A stretch of 64,000 bases of DNA, taken from assembly GCA_965206985.1 (NCBI GenBank), contig CBDBLF010000022.1:197597-261596 (forward strand). The letters run 5' to 3'. The position numbers and the translations under genes are program-made. The stretch is from Spirochaetota bacterium (GTDB taxonomy: Bacteria; Spirochaetota; Leptospiria; Turneriellales; CBDBES01). Of the stretch, positions 11,039 through 21,091 are shown in pieces (within the stretch, counting starts at the first letter, position 1; the number at the start of each line of letters is the position of its first letter). A model generated the notes under the pieces. That model was given only the letters and a program-made list of their open reading frames with translations. It was not told the DNA's origin and ran no database searches.

Positions 11039-12349
11039 ATGCCAGTTAAAGAAAGGCGACTCATTTTACAAGATGTATGTAAAGCAAATTCAGAGACAAT
11101 GGAGGTCTACAAAAAAGGCGGTGGTTATCAGGCACTGAAAAAAATTCTCATTGATGAGAAATCAAAATGGAATTCAGAAACCATTATTGAAGAGGTCAAA
11201 AAATCTAACCTCCGCGGACGAGGTGGGGCAGGTTTTTCTACTGGTCTCAAATGGAGTTTTGTTCCCCAAAACTCGGAGGCACCGAAATATGTTGTATGTA
11301 ATGCCGATGAGTCAGAGCCAGGGACTTTCAAAGATCGTCTCATTATAGAAAAAATTCCACATGGCATGATTGAGGGCATGATTATCTGTGGCTTAGCCCT
11401 TAAGAGTCATCATGGGTTTATCTATGTTCGAGGGGAGTTCTATCATGGTTGGGAAGTTATCGAAAAAGCCATTAAAGAAGCTTACGAGAAACACTACTTG
11501 GGCGATAACATCATGGGGAGTGGAATATCATTTCACTTGAGTACCTTCCGAGGTGCAGGAGCCTATATTTGCGGTGAAGAGACAGCTCTTCTCGAAAGCT
11601 TGGAGGGAAAACGGGGCCAACCTCGCTTGAAGCCTCCCTTCCCTGCGATCAAGGGTCTATACGCTTCTCCCACAGTTGTCAATAATGTGGAGACTTTTTG
11701 TGCAATCCCTCATATTATACAGATGGGCAGTCAATCTTATGCTGAACTTGGTTTGAGACCTGAGACGTCTGGAGGTACCAAGGTTTACTCGATATCGGGT
11801 AATGTGAAAAGGCCGGGCGTGTATGAAGTTCCCCTCGGAGTTAAGTTGATTGACATTATTCATGACATAGCAGGAGGAGTTCCTGATGGCAGAAAACTCA
11901 AGGCAGTCATTCCTGGTGGTAGCTCGACTCCTATTCTTACTCATGAAGAAGTTGAAGACGAAGCCATTATGGATTACGAAGGAATGCTAGAAAAAGGGAC
12001 TTTCTTGGGTTCAGGCGGGCTTATTGTTTTAGATGATTCTATTGATATGGTTGAATTTGCGTACCGTGTGGCTTATTTCTATGCACATGAATCATGTGGG
12101 CAGTGTACTCCCTGTCGGGAGGGTTCTCGTTGGGTCAAAGACATTATTTTTCGAATTCGTGAATCGAAAGCTCAGAAATCTGATATAGATACACTTTTGA
12201 GCTTTACCAATAATATGGAAAACGGCACAACAATTTGTTCATTTTCAGATGCAGTTGTTATGGGAGTAACTCCCATTGTTAAAAAGTTTAGAAAAGAATT
12301 TGAAGTGAGATTGCAACCTCAAGAGTCAAAACAACTCTTGGCTGTCTGA
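11039..12349 (+). CDS. nuoF: NADH-quinone oxidoreductase subunit F
   Basis: LRGRGGAGF, NADESEPGTFKDR, GAGAYICGEETAL, ESCGQCTPCREG. Confidence 0.98.
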   Translation: MPVKERRLILQDVCKANSETMEVYKKGGGYQALKKILIDEKSKWNSETIIEEVKKSNLRGRGGAGFSTGLKWSFVPQNSEAPKYVVCNADESEPGTFKDRLIIEKIPHGMIEGMIICGLALKSHHGFIYVRGEFYHGWEVIEKAIKEAYEKHYLGDNIMGSGISFHLSTFRGAGAYICGEETALLESLEGKRGQPRLKPPFPAIKGLYASPTVVNNVETFCAIPHIIQMGSQSYAELGLRPETSGGTKVYSISGNVKRPGVYEVPLGVKLIDIIHDIAGGVPDGRKLKAVIPGGSSTPILTHEEVEDEAIMDYEGMLEKGTFLGSGGLIVLDDSIDMVEFAYRVAYFYAHESCGQCTPCREGSRWVKDIIFRIRESKAQKSDIDTLLSFTNNMENGTTICSFSDAVVMGVTPIVKKFRKEFEVRLQPQESKQLLAV

Positions 12350-13417
12350 TTGACTAAAATGGGAGATATCTTGTGGTATCAATCAGACTGGTTTTGGACA
12401 ATCATTAAGATTCTCCTCCTGTTCTTCTTGATGATTACGAGTGCGGCGTACTATACCCTGATGGAAAGAAAATGGGCAGGCTATTTTCAAGATCGTTACG
12501 GGCCCAATCGAGCTGGTTTTGGTGGTATTTTTCAGCCACTTGCTGATGGAGTTAAATTTCTTATGAAGCAAGAAACGATCCCTCGCAATGTAGATGTCTA
12601 TTTATTTCTTCTTGCTCCTGCAATTTCTGTTGTGACTGCGATTTTACTCTGGGGTAGTATACCCTTTACCCCTGTTTTTAATTTACCATTTGAGGTATTG
12701 GGTAAAAAAGAAATCTCACTTCAGGTTGCCAACGTAAACACGGGGATTTTACTTATTTTTGCAATCTCCTCTCTTTCTGTCTATGGAATTCTTCTGGCTG
12801 GTTGGTCGAGCAACAATAAATATTCTCTAATTGGTTCAGTCAGAGCTTCTGCTCAAATGATTAGTTACGAACTTAGCTTAGGGCTTAGTGTTGTTGGTGT
12901 TATTCTCATGACAGGACACCTTGATTTGAATGAAATTATCTTTGCCCAGAAAAATGGTTGGTTTCTCTTTACAATACCCGGCTTCTTGGCTTTTTTTATA
13001 TTTTTGGTTTCTATCTTTGCTGAAACGAACCGTCTCCCTTTTGATTTAGCTGAAGCAGAAAGTGAATTGATAGTAGGATTTCATACCGAATACGGAGCCT
13101 TTAAATTCGCTTTATTTTTTATCGCTGAATACATGAATATGATCACTCTTTCGTTTCTAATCTCGATTCTTTTTCTTGGAGGCTGGAATACTCCCGTCTT
13201 TGTTGATAATATATTAGGAGTTCATTGGTGGACTCCTCTTTTTGGAACAATTCTCCTCGTTTTCAAGGCTCTCTTTTTTATATTTTTCTTTGTTTGGGTT
13301 CGGTGGACTCTTCCACGTTTTCGTTATGATCAATTAATGAACCTTGGATGGAAATATTTGCTTCCCCTTTCTTTGTTTCAGGTGTTTCTCTCAGGTGTGT
13401 ATGTTTGGCTTGAATAA
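12350..13417 (+). CDS. nuoH: NADH-quinone oxidoreductase subunit H
   Basis: ERK..G..Q.R.GPN, QPLADGVK, AETNRLPFDLAEAESEL, RFRYDQLM. Confidence 0.97.
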   Translation: MTKMGDILWYQSDWFWTIIKILLLFFLMITSAAYYTLMERKWAGYFQDRYGPNRAGFGGIFQPLADGVKFLMKQETIPRNVDVYLFLLAPAISVVTAILLWGSIPFTPVFNLPFEVLGKKEISLQVANVNTGILLIFAISSLSVYGILLAGWSSNNKYSLIGSVRASAQMISYELSLGLSVVGVILMTGHLDLNEIIFAQKNGWFLFTIPGFLAFFIFLVSIFAETNRLPFDLAEAESELIVGFHTEYGAFKFALFFIAEYMNMITLSFLISILFLGGWNTPVFVDNILGVHWWTPLFGTILLVFKALFFIFFFVWVRWTLPRFRYDQLMNLGWKYLLPLSLFQVFLSGVYVWLE

Positions 13418-13435
13418 TAAAATTGAGGTTTTCTG

Positions 13436-14002
13436 ATGATAATACCTGAAACAAGTATTGAATTGCTCCTCTTCTATTTTTTTGGGTTTATTATGATTTG
13501 CTCGGCTCTTGGCGTTGTTTGGCATAGGAATCCAGTGAAATCAGCTTTATTTTTGGTGATCTTTTTTGTGAGTCTAGCGGCAACCTACGCTCTCATTGGT
13601 GCAGATTTTTTAGCAACTCTGCAAGTCTTGGTCTATGTCGGTGCCATTATGGTTCTCTTTCTCTTTGTGATTATGTTAATCTCCGTAAGAGATGCCAGTT
13701 TTGAAAACTTTGGTTCTGGTTGGTTACGAAACACAATCATTTTCTTCTTGATGATTGCTTTTTTACTTCAATTTTTTATTTTAATTAACATTGGTGGTCA
13801 ACCGCAATCTCAAATTGACCTAAATCGTTACTACTCGGCGAGCATTTCCCAAGATGAAATAATCAGAGGAAACTCTGAGGTTCTCTCCTTTTCCTTATTT
13901 GCATTTTATCTTTTGCCTTTTGAGGTAATTTCTATTTTACTCCTCGTGGCTGTTATTGGTGCTGTGGTCTTGGCCAAAAAAGACAGGAGAAAGCTTCAAT
14001 GA
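13436..14002 (+). CDS. nuoJ: NADH-quinone oxidoreductase subunit J
   Basis: [45 protein letters not shown]. Confidence 0.96.
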   Translation: MIIPETSIELLLFYFFGFIMICSALGVVWHRNPVKSALFLVIFFVSLAATYALIGADFLATLQVLVYVGAIMVLFLFVIMLISVRDASFENFGSGWLRNTIIFFLMIAFLLQFFILINIGGQPQSQIDLNRYYSASISQDEIIRGNSEVLSFSLFAFYLLPFEVISILLLVAVIGAVVLAKKDRRKLQ

Positions 14003-14301
14003 TTCCGAGTCATAGTGTTGTCATACTTACGCTCATCCTTTTTTCAATCGGAGTTTTGGGTGTTTTAACAAGGCGGAATGTCATTATTGTATTCATGTCT
14101 GTGGAGATCATGCTTAACTCAGTAAACCTCCTTTTTATTGCCTTTGCTCGTATGCACAATAATATTCATGGAGAAATCTTTGTATTTTTTGTAATGGCGG
14201 TGGCAGCGGCTGAAGCAGCGGTTGGTTTGGCCCTTGTGATTTCCCTTCACAGAAACTTCAAAACGGTTGATTTAGCCAAGATTAGTGAATTGAAAGGGTA
14301 G
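13999..14301 (+). CDS. nuoK: NADH-quinone oxidoreductase subunit K
   Basis: RRNVI...[21 protein letters not shown]. Confidence 0.97.
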   Translation: MIPSHSVVILTLILFSIGVLGVLTRRNVIIVFMSVEIMLNSVNLLFIAFARMHNNIHGEIFVFFVMAVAAAEAAVGLALVISLHRNFKTVDLAKISELKG

Positions 14302-14304
14302 CAT

Positions 14305-16245
14305 ATGCTTGGTTTTTTACTTATTGTTGCTATATGGCTTCCTTTTGTTGGTTTTCTTTTGAATGGTCTGCTTGCTCTGTTTCGTAAAAATAACCAAACT
14401 CTTGTTTCTTTTATCGGGGTTGGTTCGATACTCACCTCTTTCGGTATTTTTGCTTATTTAACACTTGCTTTTAACCAAAATGTGATTTCTATTGATGGGG
14501 TGCAGGTGACATTTTTTGAATGGATTCACGTAGGTGGTCTCAGGGTAGACTTTGCTTATCGTCTCGATGGTCTGTCTGTTTTTATGGCTTGGATTATCAC
14601 GGGTATCGGAAGCTTAATTCATATCTATTCAACGGGCTATATGGCTTCAGAAAAAGAAGACTTTGCTCGATTTTTTACTTATTTAAACTTATTCATTTTT
14701 TTCATGCTACATTTGGTTTTGGGTTCAAATTTGGTATTGATGTTTGTGGGCTGGGAAGGAGTCGGCCTATGTTCATATCTCCTTATTGGCTTTGACTTTC
14801 ATAAAGACAATGCAGCTTCAGCGGGGAAAAAGGCTTTCATCACAAACCGAGTGGGAGATGCTGGTTTTCTGCTGGGTATATTTTTACTCTACCAAGAAGT
14901 GGGTAGCCTTAACTATGGTGAGATTTACGCTCATCTTTCATCAACGGGGATATCTTCTGATACTTTAAACTTGATCGCTATTTTCCTTTTCATAGGGGCC
15001 ATAGGTAAGTCTGCACAGATACCTCTCTACGTTTGGTTGCCTGATGCGATGGCAGGTCCCACCCCCGTTTCGGCGCTCATTCATGCAGCAACAATGGTGA
15101 CGGCAGGTCTTTTTATGATCGTCCGACTTGCTCCCGTGTTCTTAGGAGCTCCTGAAGCATCTTGTTTCATTGCCTACACGGGTGCATTCACTGCTTTTTT
15201 TGCAGCACTCATTGCACTCACTCAAACCGACATTAAAAAACTTTTGGCCTATTCTACAGTTTCACAATTAGGCTATATGTTTTTAGCAATGGGAGTGGGA
15301 GCTTATGGGGCAGGGATGTTTCATCTGATGACCCATGCTTTTTTTAAAGCACTTTTATTCTTAGGCTCGGGTGCTGTCATCCTTGCTTTGCATCATCAAC
15401 AAGACATGAGAAAAATGGGAGGTTTACATTCTTCTTTGAAGTTTATTGCTATTATTTTTTGGGTAGGGGCGATTGCCATATCTGGAATCCCTGGTTTTGC
15501 AGGCTTTTTCTCGAAAGATATGATCTTAGAACAGGCATTCAGTTTTAAATACGGAGGGGGCTTTCTTTTTTCTCTTGGTTTGGTGACAGCCCTTCTCACG
15601 AGCTTTTATGTGTATCGACTAATTTTTTTGAGTTTCCACGGAGAAAAATATCGAGGGAATCACACACCCCGTAATGTTGGTTGGAGTATGAAATTCCCCC
15701 TTTTGGTTTTGGCCATTCTTTCAATCATTGGCGGATACGTAGGTTTGCCCAAACTGATTACTCACCGACCTCCATCAATTGTAAACTATTTTGACTCAAT
15801 CCTTCCCGTACGACCTTCGGAGTTATCTCAATCATGGCATACACATATCTCTCATCAAACTGAAGTTTATTTGTTGCTGCTCTCAATTAGTGTCGCACTG
15901 ATTGGTCTTATTTTTGCTTGGCTCCGATATCATCACAAAAAATTGGTTCCTGTTGCTGATGGTGCTTATCGAGAAGATTTTGTTCGTATGAGCTTTCATA
16001 AGTTCTATGTTGATGAGTTTTATCAGCGTATTCTTCTGAACCCTATAAGAAAACTAGCTCATTTATCATATCACTTCTTTGATCGTCAAATTATTGATTC
16101 AACGGTTGATGGTCTTGCTGAGCTTTCTCTTGCTGTAAGTTCACTTTTTAAACGCTTACAAACAGGTAAAGTTGGACATTATGCTCTTTATATGGTTTTC
16201 TTTTTGATGTGTATGTTTATCATCGTGGCAAGAGGTCTTTTCTGA
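14305..16245 (+). CDS. nuoL: NADH-quinone oxidoreductase subunit L
   Basis: GWEGVGLCSYLLIGF, KAFITNRVGD, WLPDAMAGPTPVSALIHAATMVTAG. Confidence 0.97.
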   Translation: MLGFLLIVAIWLPFVGFLLNGLLALFRKNNQTLVSFIGVGSILTSFGIFAYLTLAFNQNVISIDGVQVTFFEWIHVGGLRVDFAYRLDGLSVFMAWIITGIGSLIHIYSTGYMASEKEDFARFFTYLNLFIFFMLHLVLGSNLVLMFVGWEGVGLCSYLLIGFDFHKDNAASAGKKAFITNRVGDAGFLLGIFLLYQEVGSLNYGEIYAHLSSTGISSDTLNLIAIFLFIGAIGKSAQIPLYVWLPDAMAGPTPVSALIHAATMVTAGLFMIVRLAPVFLGAPEASCFIAYTGAFTAFFAALIALTQTDIKKLLAYSTVSQLGYMFLAMGVGAYGAGMFHLMTHAFFKALLFLGSGAVILALHHQQDMRKMGGLHSSLKFIAIIFWVGAIAISGIPGFAGFFSKDMILEQAFSFKYGGGFLFSLGLVTALLTSFYVYRLIFLSFHGEKYRGNHTPRNVGWSMKFPLLVLAILSIIGGYVGLPKLITHRPPSIVNYFDSILPVRPSELSQSWHTHISHQTEVYLLLLSISVALIGLIFAWLRYHHKKLVPVADGAYREDFVRMSFHKFYVDEFYQRILLNPIRKLAHLSYHFFDRQIIDSTVDGLAELSLAVSSLFKRLQTGKVGHYALYMVFFLMCMFIIVARGLF

Positions 16246-17924
16246 TGTTAAGTTTGAGTATCTTAGCTCCTTTTTTTGGTAGTCTTTTGATTGGTCTTGT
16301 ACCAAACTCAATTCTGAAGACTAACAAGTTAAAAAAAGTTTTATTTATAATTGCATTGATCGCTAGTTTAGTATCCCTCGTTGCTTCCTTGTGTGTTGCT
16401 TACGAATTTGATGCAAATTCAGCGGTATTTCAAATGAAAGAGGCATGGCTTTACCCAAGAGGAGGTTGGCTTCAATGGTCGTATGCTGTGGACAATCTCA
16501 ATCTAAGTTTGTATTTGTTAACGACGCTCCTTTTCCCTTTGGGAATTTTTTTCTCCTACAGTAGCTTTATGATGTCTTCGAGAGAATATGCGATCCCGAA
16601 AGAAAAACTTTTTTGGATTAGCCTCCTTATCTTGGAATCTAGTGTGATTGGTGTCTTTCTCGCATCCAATCTCATCGCTTTTTATGTGTTTTGGGAGCTT
16701 ATGTTGGTCCCTATGGTTCTTTTAATCGGAATTTGGGGAGGGGGAAATCGGAAATATGCAGCGATTAAATTTTTTATCTATACTTTTGCAGGTTCTGTTT
16801 TTTTAATCTTAGGGATTATCGCATTGGGGCTTTATACCTCAACAGGCAAAACTAGCTTTGAGATTGCACAGATTATGAGTTATGACCTTGATCAAATTGA
16901 TATCCATGTTCGTCGCCTGATCTTTTGGGCTTTCTTGCTTAGTTTTTTGATCAAACTACCAGCCTTTCCATTTCACACGTGGCTTCCTCATGCGCATACA
17001 GAAGCACCTACTGTTGGCTCCATTCTTTTAGCGGGAGTTTTGCTAAAAATGGGTTCTTATGGAATATTTCGTTTTTCTCTCGACTTATTCCCTCGTGTCT
17101 CCCATGAGTTTTCTTTCTTCTTTTTGTCGATTGGGGTTGTCGGTATCGTCTACGGTGCATGGTTGGCTTGGTCTCAAACAGACATCAAAAAGATGATTGC
17201 TTACTCTTCGGTATCCCACATGGGTTATATTTTGGCAGGTGCATTTTCTGAAAATAGTGAAGGAGTTTCAGGAGCTTATCTACAGATGATTAATCATGGC
17301 ATATCTACAGGCTTATTGTTTCTTCTCGTGGGCATGATCTATGACCGAACGCATACTCGAAAACTAGATGATTATCAAGGCTTAGCGAAGCTTTCTCCTT
17401 TACTTGCTTTCTTTTTCATGATTGCGACGTTAAGCTCAGTTGGTCTTCCCGGAACAAACGGATTTGTTGGTGAGTTTTTAGTTCTCATGGGAATTTATTT
17501 AAAAAGCCCAATTCTTGCTGGAATCGCTGTCACAGGAGTCATCTTCGGTGCAGTTTATATGCTACACCTCTACAAAAAAGTATTTTGGGGGGAACCCTCT
17601 GAGAAACTTTTAGGGTTTGTTGAAAAAAATACTCTAACGCTAAGATTTCGTGAAACTTTGATGATACTTCCCTTCATCGTGATGATTTTCTGGTTGGGCT
17701 TAAAACCTAGTTTGGTTCTGAATTCAAGTAAAAAGGGTATTGATCGACTTGTTTTGAAAGCCTCAATGGAGACTAAAAAAATTGTTTCTAGAAAGAATAG
17801 TGATTTAAATCATTCTTCAAAAAAACAGATGGAAACCCCCCATGAGTTAACAAAATATCATGATAGTGGCATCTCGAACGAGGTTAAAAAAATTAAACCA
17901 CTATCTAAAGAGCAAAATTTATGA
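16245..17924 (+). CDS. nuoM: NADH-quinone oxidoreductase subunit M
   Basis: FYVFWELML, PFHTWLPHAHTEAPT, LLKMGSYG, LPGTNGFVGEF. The ATG at 16245 overlaps the nuoL stop. Confidence 0.96.
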   Translation: MLSLSILAPFFGSLLIGLVPNSILKTNKLKKVLFIIALIASLVSLVASLCVAYEFDANSAVFQMKEAWLYPRGGWLQWSYAVDNLNLSLYLLTTLLFPLGIFFSYSSFMMSSREYAIPKEKLFWISLLILESSVIGVFLASNLIAFYVFWELMLVPMVLLIGIWGGGNRKYAAIKFFIYTFAGSVFLILGIIALGLYTSTGKTSFEIAQIMSYDLDQIDIHVRRLIFWAFLLSFLIKLPAFPFHTWLPHAHTEAPTVGSILLAGVLLKMGSYGIFRFSLDLFPRVSHEFSFFFLSIGVVGIVYGAWLAWSQTDIKKMIAYSSVSHMGYILAGAFSENSEGVSGAYLQMINHGISTGLLFLLVGMIYDRTHTRKLDDYQGLAKLSPLLAFFFMIATLSSVGLPGTNGFVGEFLVLMGIYLKSPILAGIAVTGVIFGAVYMLHLYKKVFWGEPSEKLLGFVEKNTLTLRFRETLMILPFIVMIFWLGLKPSLVLNSSKKGIDRLVLKASMETKKIVSRKNSDLNHSSKKQMETPHELTKYHDSGISNEVKKIKPLSKEQNL

Positions 17925-19513
17925 ATTTGATTAAAAATAGTGATTTCTTAATTTTACTCCCAGCGGCCATTCCCTGTGCTGGGGGTTTATTTGTATTATT
18001 GATTCAAGTTAGTTTGCCAAAAGCTCGGTCTTTCCTGTGTTATTGGTCATCATTATTTTTTTTATTTTCTACATTTTTCTTGCTTGTCATTAGTCTTGGT
18101 TGGGATGGAGGTATTTTCTTTGATTTTTCTACTGCTGTTTTTCCACCTCTTCTTAATTCATTGTTCTCTGCCTACGAAAAAGGAAATACTGCTTTTGCTG
18201 GACAAATTAACTGGGGGAAATACGAAGCGATGTATTCATTGGCTATTGTTTCTCTCTCGCTGATTATTATGGTTATGGCAAGAAAAACTTTGAGCCGATT
18301 GGGTCTTAATTTGATAGAAGTCTACCAAATGATGTTGTTCAGTATTTCTGGTTTGATCTTATTTATTAGTTCTCATAATTTAATCCTTCTTTTTATTGCT
18401 TTGGAGCTTGCCTCGCTCCCGGTTTTTGTTTTGGTGGGTTGGGATCGTAAACTAAAATCATGTAACGAAGCTAGCATTAAATATTTTTTGTTAAGTGCAT
18501 TTTCCATTGCCTTTATTCTATTGGGTATTGCGTTTGTCTATGGAGCTTGTGGAGATGTTGACTTCTCGACAATCTCTCAAACTTTTAAACAAGTAAACTT
18601 TAATGTTAGTTATTTAAAGGCCGGTCTGACTCTCTTGATCTTCGGTTTGGGCTTTAAGGTGGCGTTATTTCCTTTGCATGCTTGGGTTGCTGATGTCTAC
18701 GAAGGAAGCATCACGATTGTTACAGCATTTATGGCAGCTCTCATCAAAATTGCTTCCGTCGGAATGATTTTTAAATTACTCAAAACCTTTGCTCCTTTCC
18801 TCTCAATTGATGTGGCTACGATTGAATCGCCTATTTATTTGATATTGATCATTCTATCAGTCACCTCAATGTTTTATGGAAACATAACAGCTTTAACGCA
18901 AAAGAATCTGAAGCGATTGTTTGCTTATTCCTCGATTGCTCACGCGGGATATATGGCTTCTTTGTTTCCTCTGGCTTTTTCTGAGCAGTATGCAGATGAG
19001 GCATCCAGTGCATTGTGGTTCTATGTTGTTGCTTATGCGATTAACTCAACACTGGCCTTTGGTGTGATCAATTTCTTAGAGCTATCAGGACGAAGCGATG
19101 AGGGTCATGAGAAAAGAGGAGCGATGATTCGTTTAGACTCTCTGAAAGGTCTTTCTGAAAAATATCCCTATGCTACATTCTTATTATCTATTTCTGTTTT
19201 TTCTTTTGCGGGGATACCTCCTCTTGTTGGGTTCTATGGCAAATTTTATATTTTAAAAACCTTACTGAATGCCAAAATGTATACATTGACCATCTTTTTA
19301 AGTGTGAATAGTTTGATTGCTGTTTTTTACTATGCGCGTATTTTCTTCTATTCTTACTGTTTGGAAACCGATGGAACGATAAACTCGCAAAATTTGCGGC
19401 CAACTCGTAACCTGTTTGGTTTCAGCGCAGGAGCTTCTGTGAGTCTTTTAGGGCTCGCTATTTTAGTATTGGGATTATTCTCTGGTTGGTTTTTAGAGCA
19501 AATTGTTCGATAA
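17921..19513 (+). CDS. nuoN: NADH-quinone oxidoreductase subunit N
   Basis: EASIKYFLL, FKVALFPLHAWVADVYEG, KRLFAYSSIAHAGY, GIPPLVGFYGK. Confidence 0.96.
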   Translation: MNLIKNSDFLILLPAAIPCAGGLFVLLIQVSLPKARSFLCYWSSLFFLFSTFFLLVISLGWDGGIFFDFSTAVFPPLLNSLFSAYEKGNTAFAGQINWGKYEAMYSLAIVSLSLIIMVMARKTLSRLGLNLIEVYQMMLFSISGLILFISSHNLILLFIALELASLPVFVLVGWDRKLKSCNEASIKYFLLSAFSIAFILLGIAFVYGACGDVDFSTISQTFKQVNFNVSYLKAGLTLLIFGLGFKVALFPLHAWVADVYEGSITIVTAFMAALIKIASVGMIFKLLKTFAPFLSIDVATIESPIYLILIILSVTSMFYGNITALTQKNLKRLFAYSSIAHAGYMASLFPLAFSEQYADEASSALWFYVVAYAINSTLAFGVINFLELSGRSDEGHEKRGAMIRLDSLKGLSEKYPYATFLLSISVFSFAGIPPLVGFYGKFYILKTLLNAKMYTLTIFLSVNSLIAVFYYARIFFYSYCLETDGTINSQNLRPTRNLFGFSAGASVSLLGLAILVLGLFSGWFLEQIVR

Positions 19514-19626
19514 AGAATCATCTTTCTGATATACCAAGATTGACTCTCAAGAAAGTTTTCGTAGTGGTAAATGGAATCATATTCTCTATTTCTGAGTCTT
19601 CATATATCAGAATTTGCACATAAAAA

Positions 19627-20580
19627 TCAATTTTCTAAGCAAAGAGAAGCCGCACCCACAATCGCAAAGTTTTGATTTCCTACTGTATATTTTATTTTTA
19701 GGCGTGAATAAAATAAAGAAAAAACTTTCTCTTTAATTGTACTCTCAATTTCTTCTGCGAAACAATGTGATGAAGCTGTGAGGCCCCCTGTAAAAACAAC
19801 GAGAGGCAAATTAAGATTTTGGATGAAAGATGAGACGCTCAGACCTAAGCTTCGACCTACAATTTTGAAGACCTTTTTTGCGGTAGGGTCATTTTTTTCT
19901 GCCAAGTCGGATACTTCTTTAGGGAATTTTACTATTTTCTTTCTATCTTTTCTTTTTTTCTGAAAAAAATTGTATATGTTCACCACAGCACTGGCAGAAG
20001 CAAAAGTCTCGAGACAACCCATACGTCCGCAACCACACTTTACATAATACTCAGACTCAAGCAAACCCCGATCAGCAAGAGGAGTATGTCCAATTTCGAG
20101 GCTGTTGCCTCGAAAACCTGTGAAAAGCTCATTATTGAGAATCAGCCCACCTCCTACACCAGTGCCCAATGTTACAACCAAAAAGTTAGATTCTTTTTTG
20201 CCGAGACCAAAAATTTTGTGCCCCATTGCCGAACAATTAGCGTCATTTTGCAAGTAAACTCCCACACCAAATTTTTTTTCTAAGTGTAGTTTAATTTTAC
20301 AATTACGAAGGTTATTTAAATTGGCTGTTTGATAAATGATTCCTCGAGTAGCATCAATGGGGCTGGGGCTTCCAATACCAATGCCTGCGAGTAACTCATT
20401 GGGCTTAAATTGAGTTGTCACTTCTAAAATTGCCTTTTCGAGATACAGCAAAAAATCCCGATCATTTGTTTCGTAATCGGTTCTTACAATATAGTTATAT
20501 TTAACTTTTTTAGAAGAATCCAAAGCACCCAACTTGATGCTGGTTCCACCAATATCAATACCAATGATCATTTGATTCAT
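19627..20580 (-). CDS. ROK-family sugar kinase (glucokinase-like)
   Basis: GIDIGGT, NDANC, TLGTGVGGG, EIGH, C.CG..GCLE. Confidence 0.93.
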   Translation of the reverse strand: MNQMIIGIDIGGTSIKLGALDSSKKVKYNYIVRTDYETNDRDFLLYLEKAILEVTTQFKPNELLAGIGIGSPSPIDATRGIIYQTANLNNLRNCKIKLHLEKKFGVGVYLQNDANCSAMGHKIFGLGKKESNFLVVTLGTGVGGGLILNNELFTGFRGNSLEIGHTPLADRGLLESEYYVKCGCGRMGCLETFASASAVVNIYNFFQKKRKDRKKIVKFPKEVSDLAEKNDPTAKKVFKIVGRSLGLSVSSFIQNLNLPLVVFTGGLTASSHCFAEEIESTIKEKVFSLFYSRLKIKYTVGNQNFAIVGAASLCLEN

Positions 20581-20591
20581 AAATGATTGGT

Positions 20592-21089
20592 TTAGACAAC
20601 CATAGGTAGACGATGAGTTTTTCTTGACATGAGAATATCCCCTGATTGCTTGTATCGCTTTAGTAAAAAGTTTGTTTTAGTGTGCTCAACACCTTCAATC
20701 GTTGCTAATTTGTCGGCAACAAAAAAAGCGACTTCTTTCAGGGAGTGTCCTTCCACTTCAACTAAAAGGTCAAAGGAGCCTGAGACCAAAAGGCATGTAT
20801 TTACTTCTGAAAAGTTAGAAATGATCTTAGCAACTTCGTCATATCCAAAGCCTTTTGTTGGGATAACATTGACCTGAATAACGGCAGTTACTTTAGGGCT
20901 TTCTATTTTTTCCCAGTTAATAACAGCTCGGTATCTAAGAACAACACCATCTTCTTCAAGAGTTTTCTTCAGCTGAACTGTCTTTTCTTCTGACAGTTGT
21001 AGCTGTTCAGCGAGCTCTTTCAATGACATAGAAGAATTACTCTCTAAAATAGACAGAATTTTTGTTTCTTCAGTCGAGAGTGTCTTCAT
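20592..21089 (-). CDS. Lrp/AsnC family transcriptional regulator
   Basis: N-terminal HTH, C-terminal VSGSFDLLVEV RAM-like domain. Confidence 0.92.
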   Translation of the reverse strand: MKTLSTEETKILSILESNSSMSLKELAEQLQLSEEKTVQLKKTLEEDGVVLRYRAVINWEKIESPKVTAVIQVNVIPTKGFGYDEVAKIISNFSEVNTCLLVSGSFDLLVEVEGHSLKEVAFFVADKLATIEGVEHTKTNFLLKRYKQSGDILMSRKTHRLPMVV

Positions 21090-21091
21090 TA

